From NCBI GenBank assembly GCA_000934665.2, contig JYFJ02003159.1:1-45659 (forward strand): 45,659 nt of DNA, read 5' to 3'. Shown piece after piece: positions 12,727 to 34,544 of the stretch. The position numbers and the translations under genes are program-made. Each line of letters opens with the position of its first letter. Position 1 is the first letter of the stretch. The notes below the pieces were generated by a model. It saw only the letters and a list, made by a program, of their open reading frames with translations, was not told where the DNA came from and did not search any database. Source of the stretch: Catajapyx aquilonaris. Its lineage: Eukaryota.

Positions 12727-12970
12727 GAGAGGTGTGGTGGAAAAACGTGACAACCATCATTTTTTGACCTGAACACTTAGCAACTACGCATGTAAAAGAC
12801 ATGACAAACAGTTTGGTATTCTCAAAGTTCACGTGTCATGCACGAGACGGATACACGGGCTAGATCAAAACCCGAATTCCTTACGATTTGTGAAGAGAAT
12901 TTAAACTTAAATTCGCTCTCCCGAAAAATTGCACTTTTGTCGGTTGTCACGCTTTTCCACCACACCGCTC
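12727..12970. mobile_element. Non-autonomous DNA transposon (MITE), about 29-bp TIRs, 4-bp AAAT TSD, Sola-like termini
   Basis: GAGAGGTGTGGTGGAAAAACGTGACAACC ... GGTTGTCACGCTTTTCCACCACACCGCTC with AAAT on both sides. The paralogous region near 7000 shows the empty site. Confidence 0.8.
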
Positions 12971-13379
12971 AAATTATTTAGGAAAGATGGCTCACTATTT
13001 ATTATGAATACGTACTCATAATCCTAAATTTTCCTCAATATTTAGTTATTGTGCTGTACTTTCTGCAAAATTTATTTTGCAGGCAGGGAATGTATTGGGA
13101 GTGTCATATTGCATGCTTTATGCATGGTAAAGGTATGTATGATTTGAAAAGATCCACATTCATCAATATTTTATTACAGACAAACCATCATGTTACGAGC
13201 AACAAAACAATCTGCTCCTAACAACTTTCATTTATGGCACCTTACTGTAGATTTTGGAGCGTCTTATTCGGTGTTATTAGTAGTCAAAATGCGCATTTTA
13301 GGATCACTCACAGATTTATAAACGTTACATTAAACGCAACCGGCTGATAGAACTTGATACACTACACTGTCCAATAAAA

Positions 13380-16300
13380 TTAATAGGTCATTCCAACGAA
13401 GTCATCCGGACCTGGAGAGCTGTGCTTCTGCCAAGGTTTCTTCTTGTCTCGTGACCTGTCCTTTGGTTTTCCGCCACCCAGCTTCTTCGGGTGACCCCGT
13501 GCCTTTTCCAGCATTCCCTTGATGACAGTCTTGAGGTTGCTAATGTCCTTCTTCTTCATCTTTCTCATCAAGTCCTCTTGGTCTGCCCAGTAATTAGGCA
13601 TTTTCTCGTCTGCCAGAAAAGTGTTCAGAAGCAGAAGCAAAGCCTGGAAGGAAACGTGAAATCATGCACTGCTGCTCATTTACACTTTATTTTTTTTTGC
13701 AAATTAAGGATTCTAATCAGAAAGGTACTACCTTCTGCAAAAGATCACCTCTGTCGGTCATGTATGGATAGTAATGCATGGTCCAGAGGACAGTGTTCTT
13801 TATCTGGTAACTGTTTAGTGTTGTTCCTCGGTCTTGAGTTCCAAACTTGTACTGTGGAGAAAGTCACATGTTATTGACATTGTAATATATCGGATTATTA
13901 TGCCTCATCAACTACGAGTACCGGTATATATTAAATAATTAACATCTTAACAATCGCCTCTTCAATCTGAATACTGTATGTACCCACCTTAAGAAATTTG
14001 GCAACATTTTTGGCATATGTTTCTCGCAGAAGGTATCTCTCTGTTCTGTCGAAGCTCAGCTTCCACTTGTTTTTAGTAGTGGCGTCATATTTGGACTTGG
14101 GAACAGAGAAGAATCTTCTTTCCTGAAATATACATACAGCAAAATGTATTCATTGCTCTTGTGGTGGCTTATGAGTCGAAAATCTTGCCTCTTCTGGAAC
14201 CTCTTGAATTCTTTCATCAAACCTGACTCCAGGAGGCCACGAGGATGCCGGAAACTCGAAGACGAAAACCAAGTCAATGTCAAGCTGGACTCCGTTCGGA
14301 AGCTTGACCTCCAGAGTGACGCCTGGCCTGCAATATGACACTCCGACACTGGCGTCGTCGGCGTCGTCTCCTTCCGGAATGTTGAGGAAAAGCGACTCAA
14401 TATCTCTGTTGGCTTCCCTGCGAGCTCCCTCACCGATGTCCCTCATCCAACCTTTGACCCCTTGAGGCTTAACGTGACCCTCGCCATCTATCCATTGATG
14501 CAGCTCCCTGAATTGTACAGCAACGCATTCATCATCTTCTAATTATTAGGCTAATTAAATGCTATGACCTTAATAATATCAGCTAGTGCTTTTGAGGTAC
14601 ACTCCCGGTACATAACTTCAAAGCACCGTCAAAACCATCTACACTGTATTATGCTGTATTAAATATAGTTTTGGCATTACCGATGTGGATATAGACGTAA
14701 AGAATTTTGAAGAATCACTGATTTCTTTTGTAATATTTCAGGACATTACTTACACATAAGCAGCATTGCCAGAGTCCGATTTACTCTTAATCATCTGAAC
14801 GTCGGAGGGTTGAACCTTGACGAAAGCATAATTTTGTGGGGCTTCGCTTGTCTGAGACAACTGCATGAAATAACAAAACCGTGGGATGTAATGTTAATTA
14901 TTGCAGTTCAGTATTGCAGGAAAATGTGGGTACCTGCAAGGGAGACACGTCGTCCGGCATTTCCAAAACAATGTTGACGTCGAATTCCGTTGCCTCTGCG
15001 ACCCTCAGACCATTGAACATGCTTCCGGTCCAGTAGATCTTTTCGTTCCGAAACAGGAGTGCAAACAGTGGATCATTGCTTTTCATCCAGGGCAGCATGC
15101 ATCCTTCCACCAACTGGAATGAGAAGCACGTGAAATTCCATTCCAGGAAATGAAAAGGGTGCTGAATATTTACGTCTTTTGCTGCTGAAACGTATAGCTC
15201 CGATTCCTGCTCGTCAATCTTTATATTTTTGTTTGCAATTTTCTTCATGAACGTTGTAAGCCTACCTTTGGGGGTTGCTTCTTTGACCAACTCCACGTAA
15301 TCCAACTTCTGGAATATTAAAAATTACCACGATTTCACAACCACTTAAAAATCTTCCCACTATTTGCTGGTCTTTTGATAATAATCTGCACTGAAAACAT
15401 TATTCTGAGAAAATTTTCCTGGTGCAGGGATTAATCTTCCAGAGGCAACTTATGGGTCACATAAAAGCCAATGGATGATAATAATTGACGCCAGACTGGA
15501 GACTATACCTATCTTATCAGTGTTATCGCAATATTGTTGGGAACCTCTTTAACCTCTTTCTCAGACATACCTGGCATCGTTTTCGTTACTATCTCTACTT
15601 TCAAGCAAATATTTTCCACTCTAAGGGCCGGTTCCATCAAGACCGGTTTATGATAAAACTCTGGTTCTTACGGAAACTCCCTGCAAATAGAATAGGGATT
15701 TTCCGAAAGAACCGTGGTTTTATCATAAACCGGTATTTTATCATTTTTCCTAGACATCAATCATTGATTTACACACTTCAATGTAAATTTATCGGTAACA
15801 TTGCGTCATCGAGTTTGTAAATAAGTATTTTAGCCTCAAAAGGAATTGTATAATATTTAATATGCCATGGCAGAGTGATGAACCGCCAGCATGCTGGACA
15901 GTGAGTGCGGTTTTGTCGCCCAGTCAAGGTCAATATATTCGAATCAGTGACTGAATCTCGCCATGAAGTCTGGCAAATTAATGCATTCGTATTTTTTTTG
16001 CATCAGTAAACACATTTATTATCTGATTTCTTTGCAATTAGGTACGCCGCATAACCATTTACAGGTAATAATATTCTTGCGATGCATTTGATGATTCTCG
16101 AACTTTTCATGGTCAATGTGAAATGGTACAGTACAAGTGAGTGTGAAACTCTTTTTTTTTGCAGGTGTGTACTTACAACTAGAGTGTCCGCATAAGAAGA
16201 TGGCTTGATTCCAGTTTGGTGTCCCTTTTTTGGTTGATGGTGGACATCTGGACGGCCAGTAATGAAAATTAATACTGAACATTCTTTCTCAAATGCATTG

Positions 16301-16590
16301 CACCAACATTTAACCCCAGTTGCATCATCCAAGGTTTTTTAAAGAACTCGCATTATGTGCTGAAAATATTTACCTTGACGTTCAGTCTTTCCAGGTAGAA
16401 TTGAGCTCATCAATAATTTCTTTTCTTTTGATTTTAAAGGTTGGTCTAACAATAATTCATAGTACTTCTGCAATGAGATTATTCGTGATGGTTCGGGTTA
16501 TGGGACTCGGACATAATATAGGAGGTTACTTACGGAATCCGAGTCTGAATCCGATGATGGGCACTCATCCTGATTTGCTCCAGATGCCAT
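13380..16590 (-). CDS. cGLR / Mab-21 nucleotidyltransferase copy 5 (close paralog of copy 3)
   Basis: Same exon series as copy 3 (MASGANQDECPSSDSDSDS, ATG 16590) with intact GS, EFD, DID and SYQIK motifs; ends DDFVGMTY* (13380). The exon-3 acceptor is mutated AG>TG, but an in-frame AG lies 18 nt upstream (exon start 16274). GC-AG intron at 14123-14188. Confidence 0.8.
15642..15734. mobile_element. Fold-back/MITE-like palindrome in a cGLR5 intron
   Basis: 41-bp arms 15642-15682 and 15694-15734 (ACCGGTTTATGATAAAAC perfect for 18 bp) with an 11-nt loop; absent from the paralogous copy-3 intron. Confidence 0.7.
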
Positions 16591-16827
16591 GTTGCTAAGG
16601 CAGTGTTGGACCGGGGTGCAAGTTTTGAGTACAAGCAGAAGGGAGACCTGCGAATGTCTTAGTTCAGAATGCGGTTCAAGTTGGCCTAATTTTATGACAG
16701 ACCGTGATGGTGTAGCTCCGTAGTGCAATTGGTGCGCCCCACATTAGAAGCCTCCTAGGGTGCAAATTGATCAGGTTAGACACCATGTGACACGTTGTGG
16801 ATGGTGTCACCCACCGCAGATTTTGAG

Positions 16828-16837
16828 GGGATTTCCC
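16828..16837. promoter_or_regulatory. NF-kB binding site upstream of cGLR copy 5
   Basis: GGGATTTCCC retained exactly although the flanking promoter has diverged from copy 3. Confidence 0.6.
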
Positions 16838-17501
16838 TCGACATGGATAATCATGTCCGATTAGCTTTCTGTAGCCTAACACTTTGATACGATGAGATTT
16901 GATAACAGATCAACAAACTTAACTCCTAACTCGATTTTAACTACCCGATTATAAAAAGTGGACATCATAGATTATTCAGTGGTTTCCAACATTTTACTGA
17001 TTGCGACCCCCTTAAACATGTTTCCATAAATGTAAATAAATTGTGAAAATTTTCTCGCCGTTTCGCCTGAATTTATCGGAATTGTTTGAACACAAGACGC
17101 ACCGAAAAGAAGCAGATGACAGCATATTTGAGCCTGTTATACATTCGTGGAGGTCGATTTTACATAGAAAGGTTGGGCCGAGCTGAGAACATCTTTGATC
17201 CCAAAAAAGCTGCAGAATGTATGTATTCAAAATTATTTTATTTTCGGCAAGTGTGTTATCGGCTTCAAGCTCTTTTGTGCTTTTTTTTGCGAAACTCATA
17301 AAGGATAATGTGTATCGTATATGTCAACAAATATGTGAATGCACTTGTTGTGAATCATATACAGGAGGCAAATCGCATTGAACATTTCGACACGCTTTAT
17401 GTATGAGAGAACGTGACGGATACATAGTCAGTCATCAGTTTTATTTCTGCCGTGTACAATACTTTTATTTCATACAGCACAATGTAAGGCACTCAATTGT
17501 G

Positions 17502-18359
17502 TCACATCATGTACAAATCTTGCATATCTTTAACACTGGCCTTCATCGTTCTTCGGCGTAAATTCAGCTCTCTTCTGGTTGGATTCTCTGCACCTGCAAC
17601 CAGCTCAGAGAGTTTCTGCGGTTCAATCTCGCAAGATTTCAGCATTTCATATGCACGCAGCTTCAACCTGCGTAACATCAGAAGGCGCCATATTTTCCAT
17701 CAGGTTTTCGCCACTTGCCCAGAAATTTGGCATTTTCCCCCTTCTCAGAGCTGTGTTCAGCAAAAACAACAGAGCCTGAAGTGCAACATGTGTAGCAATT
17801 ATTAATTATTGTCAATCACTAACTTATCCAGAGATGTTTACCTTCTGGAAGAGCGTTTCTACGTCGGTCAGGTCAGGATGGTCATTCAGAACCCAAAGGA
17901 CAGTGTTCTTTATTTGGTAACTGTTGAGGAGTGCTCCCCGGTCTTGGGTTCCAAACATCAACTGTAAGATTATGAAGAATTATGTGCATTTGGTACTGCA
18001 AAGGCGTCTATTGTATATGTAACCTTCAGATGTCTGGCAACATCTCTTGCGTATTTCTCTCTCAGAAGATACCTCTCCGTTCTGTCAAAGCTCAACTTCC
18101 ATATATGAGGGCATAAGATGAATTAGGCTTTGGAACTGCGAAAAACCTTCGCTCCTGAAATTTTTTGTCAAACCAAGTCTTGTGAATACAGATCGCGGTC
18201 TCCGTGTCAAGAACAGAACATAGGATTTAGTCGTGTATTAATCGTACTTTTGCAATGAAATTATTCGGATTATGGGCCTGAGACATACGACACGTTACTT
18301 ACAGAATCTGAGTCTGAATCCGATGATGGGCACTCATCCTGATTTCCACCAGATGCCAT
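17502..18359 (-). pseudogene. cGLR copy 6, chimeric pseudogene (copy-3-type first exon plus last three exons of copy-2 type)
   Basis: 17502-18160 aligns to 4781-5430, with frameshifts in the FFAVPK exon and a 1-nt insertion in the last exon (cgtaacatca vs cgtacatca). 18300-18359 is a near-identical copy of the copy-3 first exon. Catalytic exons are absent. Confidence 0.8.
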
Positions 18360-18604
18360 GTTCCTAAGGCAGTGTTGAACCTGGTTGCAAGTCTTGAATC
18401 CAAGCAGAAGGCAGGCCTGCAAATGATATAGTTCAGAACGTGGTTCAAGTAGGGACCGGATTTTATGACAGACCGCGATGGTGTAGCTCCGTAGTGTAAC
18501 TGCGGCTCGCCACATTAGAAGCCTCTCAGGATATAAATGGATCGGGTTCAGTTCTTAGAAACCGAGTGGCATGTTGTGTATGGTGTCACGGGCCAGCTTT
18601 TCAG

Positions 18605-18614
18605 GGGATTTCCC
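18605..18614. promoter_or_regulatory. NF-kB binding site upstream of cGLR pseudogene copy 6
   Basis: GGGATTTCCC in the duplicated copy-3-type promoter. Confidence 0.5.
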
Positions 18615-19225
18615 TCTACATGGACGATTGCCTCGAAGTGATACGATGAGATTTGTTCCTGCAGTGATCTGTAGTTATCAATAAACTTGCCTCATTATTA
18701 AGAGGGCATCATTATTCCCATGGGAAATATTTTCCATTTCATTCACTCAGCGGCATTGACCTTGTCATTACAAGCTTCCCGGGTAAGTTTTTACCCCCAT
18801 GAGGACAAGGTCACAAACTGGAATGTCCTAGATTGGGGTTCCGCCTTTTTTGACATTGATCTTTGAGTTTAGCGCATTCCTCGTGCTGGCGCCATGTGAC
18901 GAACCAGGCAAGGCCATTCAATTTAAAAACCACTCGATAGATGGCTTCTACACTAGAGCTGGAGATAGATCGACATAGTGTATACAAAAACCCTCCTTGG
19001 TCGCGCACTAGTCGATACGAACCTGCCATATGAATACAGTGATTTACATATGACGCATAATTATGACCACCTAATGCTTATCAGGAGTATTCAGAAAATG
19101 GTGCCATTTCAGGTGCGAAAAGTGTAATACAAACACTCAATGAGACTGTACATGGTAGTTTATTTAACATCACAAAAATTCAGCAAGTACAAAGACAAAT
19201 GGCAAATGAAGAAATTAGCGAGATG

Positions 19226-21641
19226 TCATGTCCTCGTACTTTTCCTCAGCTTTCTTCTCTCCTCGTGTAATTTTATACTGTCTTCTTTTGTCGTGACTTC
19301 AGGAAAAAGTCTTTCCGGTTTCGCCTCGCAAGCTGTCAGCATTTCTTCTATCATATGTTTTAGCCTGCTTTTCTGCTTCGATGTCAAATTCCTCATCAAG
19401 TCTTCGCCAACTGCCCAATAATTAGGCATTTTCTTCTCCTTTAAAAACGTGTTCAGGAGCAACAACAAAGCCTGTGAAAAATGCGCGTGTGTTAATTCAG
19501 CAAATAATGAACATTATGCGATGAATTTACCTTCTGGAAGAGCGTTCCTATGTCTGCTGTCACTTCAGCGTTGTCACTAATGATCCAGAGGACAGTGTTT
19601 TTTACCTGGTAGCTGTTGAGGATTGCATTCCGCTCTTGGGTGCCAAATATCAACTATAGGAAAAGGATTGTAACATCTGGTGACTTTAATTATTTTAATA
19701 ACCAGAATTATTATAAGCGACGCTAACCTTCAGATGTTTGGTAACATCTTTTGCATAATCTTCTCGAAGAAGATACCTCTCGGTTCTGTCAAAACTCAAC
19801 TTCCACATGCTCCTAGAATTTGCATTGTATTTGGATTTGGGGACAGCGAAAAACGTTCGTTCCTGATGAAATATGGATTAGATTAGACATTAGAGCCACT
19901 TTAATTTTATGGAAAGTGACCTTGCCTCTTCTGGAACATCTCGAATCCTCTGGTCACATCTGACTCCAGTAGGCCATGAAGATGCCGGAAACTCAAAGAC
20001 GAATACAATGTCAATGTCAAGCTGGACTCCATTGGGCAGCTTGGCTACCAGCGTGACTCCAGGCTTTGTGTAACTTATTCCGACGCTGGCGTCGTCGGCG
20101 TCTGGCACGGGAGTGATGTTGACAAAATGTGAATCTAAGTCATTGTTGACTTCTACAAGTGCCTCGTGAACTAGATCCCGCATCCAGTGTTTGATAAGTT
20201 GCGGTTTTATGTGGTCATCTTGGTCCATCAAATCCAAAGGGGAACTGAAAAAAGCTCATACGAATAAACGACTACTTCTGTATATTACATCACAATAAAA
20301 TAATTACCAGTAATAATTGGCACAGCCTGAGTCTGATTTCCTCTGCATGATTTCAATGTCGGATTTCAAGACATTAACAAAGGCATAATTTTGTGGGGTG
20401 TTCTCTTCCTGCTGCAGCTGCACATTAAAAATTTTATTTTCAGAGTTAGTGGAGATGAAATTAAGCCAGCTTAGAAATGTTCCCCAAAAAATTAGACATC
20501 GTTCGGATATATTTTTAAATATATCAAGCAGATCACGAAAAATCCTTCCAGTTACAAAAGTTTCCCCTTCTTTCTCATATGCAATAATTAATATGCAAGA
20601 GTGAAGAAGTTAGCGGACTCTGGAAAATTGTACCGTACCTCCAACCGGACACCATCCGGCATTTCCAAAATTACGTTGACATCAAATTCCGTTGCCTCTC
20701 CGACCCTCAACCCGTTGAACATGCTTCCGGTCCAGTAGATGTGTTCGTTTCGAAACATAAGTGCGAATAGTGCATTATTCCTTTTCATCGAAGGCAGAAT
20801 GCATCCTTCCACCAGCTGAAAAATAAATCCACCAACATTATTGATGCCTAATTTGCTAATAATATTGGTAAAATGGAAGGTTAGGCCCACCTGTTTGGTT
20901 GCTGACACGTATAGTGTTTCCTCTTTTTCGTCGATTGGGTGTTTTTTGTCTGCAATCTTCTTCAAGAAATTGGACAGCTTTTCTCTTACTTTTACCATTT
21001 CTGTCATAAAATATAGTTTAATAATTATTAATCATGTATTTTTGGACTTAAATTTGAGGCAGTATTTTCGCATGTCATATCCTGCATGCAACTTGAAACA
21101 TTCTTCTCGACTCTTGCCCATTGTGAAATCAACAATCATTTATTTGGTTGACGTACTGCTACATCTTATTTTGTCTGACTGTGAGACTGCGCATTTCCCG
21201 TGAACTCGAACTAAAACTGTTAAACATTTATTTACCTTGGCTTTTTATATTGGTAGTAGTAACACGGCGATTGGACTTTTTGCTCTCTCTTCGTACTGTT
21301 TTACGAGCGTTGGAATAGCCAGACAGAAATAATTCATCGTCCTTCTGTAAGAAATAATAAAGCTGAATAATGTGGCGAATTATTAGTCTGCATTACTTAC
21401 AACTACAAGAATGTGCAATTACAATGTTGCCATGTGGGATGCTCAAATTTTTCAGAATTATAAAATGCCCAACTCTTTTTTTAAAAAAAAACAACATATA
21501 GGATATGCCCACTTTTATATTGAATTGTGCACTGTCTCTAAGCACACTTACGGAATCAGGCTTGGATTCAGAGGACGAGGACACTGGTCCGGAAGCTGCT
21601 TTATTCTTCTGGATTCCATCATGCCGCCGAGGAACTGACAT
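19226..21641 (-). CDS. cGLR / Mab-21 nucleotidyltransferase copy 7 (start tentative)
   Basis: Exons: MSVPRRHDG..SSSSESKPDS (21641-21552), KDDELFLSG.., MVKVREKLSNFLKK.., YWTGSMFNGLRVGEATEFDVNVIL, QLDIDIVF, WKLSFDRTER, NSYQVKNT, MPNYW..KSTRT* (19226). Phases are compatible; GC-AG intron at 19863-19925. Confidence 0.85.
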
Positions 21642-22127
21642 GACTGTGCTAGCTCTCAAGGCAAACACTCGACTGGGTTATTTCCATGCAGTGACTAATC
21701 GGGATATTGAAGCCAGTCTGAGGCAGATTAGGTCACTACCCTGTTGCAAAATGTATCAAGATTGTTAAACAACTGCATATGGCCTTGACATCATCGCCGT
21801 TGTGGAGTGCTAAATTATGACCTTGAGAGGAAACTGCAAAACAAAAACTTTGATATCTGACCAGTATATTAATTTATTGTTCAGGTTACTTTAGCGTTTA
21901 CGGTAACTGAGCACTGAGAAATAAATAGATAAATACTGAAATGATACAGACGGATAAAGAATAGTACCCATTGTTGTTTGGACTTGACGTGGTCCCCATT
22001 CGGAGCAAGATAATCCCGATAATTCGGTGTAATATTACCCACAATAGCAAATAAAGTAACTGACTTCGAAATAGTCACAAAATCTCTCTTTGGACAAATA
22101 GGTCGGACTTCATCAGATATAAGTATG

Positions 22128-26466
<4,339 letters not shown>

Positions 26467-27230
26467 ATTTACACCTTGCAGATATGATTTTCTGGGATTG
26501 TAATTCATGAGCCTGAAAAATAATGTCACTGGTATTTTGAACAATGAACATGCACGGATTCTGAAATTAAATTTGAATGAAATGTAAATGGTAACATGCG
26601 AATGTTGTGGTGAAGGTGATTATAATCTCTGACTGAAAAAAATATATACCTAAATTGTCATTACATTGGTATACATTTTGTTTTGGAATTTTAAAAAAAT
26701 TTGAATGCGCCTTTCCAGTTTCAAGCCAAGGCTCCAAATAACCTTTAATATCTTATGAAAATATAACAAAGTAGACTAAGAGTTATTCTATGATATTCAT
26801 GTGATTAAAATATTTCTTAGCATGAATTCAAATAAGAAGTTAGATGCTGAGTGCAAGGACCACTTACATCCGATTAAGCCGGAAATTTATCAAGTAGTAC
26901 TGTACTGCAAAGCCGGATTTTGATAAAGGCATTGGTTTGGCTACATCCTGCATTTTCCTATCCAAGTTCCTTTGTTGCGGTCATCGGCAGGCATATATAC
27001 CACAGGATTTTTCCGGAGTAGGAAAATACCCCCGGCAAATGTCGTTCCTGCCTAACCTCTTGTTGATAAACACCTTGTCTACAAGTTGAATATTGTGAAA
27101 ACATGATTGTGGAGCTGAAAATGAAAACATGATACCCGAGAGGTGACAACTAGATTTTGATGCATTTTCTGGTGAACATGGCATGTAAAAATAATTATGC
27201 TGTTATCGTTAGGTTTATAATATGACGTCT

Positions 27231-32968
<5,738 letters not shown>

Positions 32969-34544
32969 TTTTGTCAACAACTTACGACGTATAGTTCTCC
33001 AAGCAAGTGAGAATAAGCGTTCTTACAAAATGTTGTATATAGAACGGATATTTTTCTGATAAAAACAGGAAGTGTTTAATCATGCTTCATGTTTCCTTTA
33101 GTGGTCAACCACAAGAAAGGTCTGAAACTTCCCCAAGAAGGAAGGATAACGTGGTTTACGTGCATAAAAATACATTGGGTGGAAAAAACTCTCAAATAAT
33201 TTTCAAACATTGCACTTATAGAGCGCAACATAAAATTTGAAATGCAATTCAATACTGTACGGAATAGTCATACCGGACGATGTTGAAATGTATATCATGA
33301 CTGTTTTGGCTTCACTACTCGCGCAACCGAATAAACCGTCATTTTCCTGTCGAACTCGCCTGTGAAACCGGGTGTGTCGTTAATAATGAATGACAACTCT
33401 CTTTTCCCAATAGCGTGACGTTTAAATCCACTTGTACTTACCGACTCTCGAAAAATCTTGCCAGTTGTTGCATTTGACACGTAAGGAATGTTAAGGAATG
33501 TCGATAATATTTTTGTCACCACTTTATTCCAGTATCAAATTGGATCATGCCAGAGGCAGTATTATACTGATTATATACTGTATACACTTTCATCACTACA
33601 TACACACGGTTACTGAATAATGAATAAGATTACGTACTGTTACCTAAAGTGTGAAAATAAAATTATTGCACAATTTTGTTAACACGCACCTCACATCTGA
33701 CATTGTTTTCCTCGACCTTCAGCCCTTGAAAGAATATGTTTGCGTCATGGATAAAATGAAGCAACCTGTTATGAGTAAGACATTGCCTTTGATTGTACCG
33801 ACACAAACTGCAATTTTGCAGACGCAAACAGACCTCTGTTGGTATCTGATCTGTTTCAAGAGATTGCAGGTCCCTTAAGAGAACGCGATATATCGATCGG
33901 TGTCTTGCATCGTACCGAAAGCTTACGTAACTCGCCATCATTGGCACTTTAGTTTTTCACAAAATTCGCTTGTAACTGAATAATGATTTCTTGCCTTTGT
34001 AAGGTACGAATAACACTGTAAAGAGCATTTCAATAATTGAAATATTCACACTTATTATTTTCCTTTCAATCGAGCGCTACCAGAAATGGGGGCTTATAAT
34101 GTTGTGCAGAAATATTCAGGCCATCATGACTTTCCATGAATTTAATTGCGAGTGACTCATTCTGACCATTCCTGCAGGATACAATCGTTATGTCTCATTA
34201 TGTCCATCTAATGCTATCAGCCGTCAGGTTATGTTAGACCAATATTTGACCCACAAGACATATTTCAATGTGACATTGCAACAACTGATTGTCCTTGGCC
34301 TTTACGTAATCCTCGTCAGGTATTCAGTAATTGCACTAGCTACGTTGTAACATCTAGATAAACAGTCCTTATTAAAATTGATGGAAGGTTTGAAACATTG
34401 CCTGTGTCCCTATTAACCTGTCCTGATAAGAGCATTGTTGGTATACACTTGCGCAAATCACGCGATTCTACTCAATTATTAGTGTGTTGTTTCTGCGACC
34501 TTATAAAAACCAGGGAGAAGGATAGGTACGTTGTACTTGCAACC

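Noticed and set aside
942..21641. Bacterial CBASS/CD-NTase operon interpretation
   Set aside because: The genes are interrupted by spliceosomal introns and flanked by metazoan genes; no Cap effectors are present.
33295..33947. Minus-strand ORFs with some Cys and splice-like signals upstream of the PVR-like gene
   Set aside because: I could not build a consistent multi-exon frame or recognise a domain. It may be a decayed gene.
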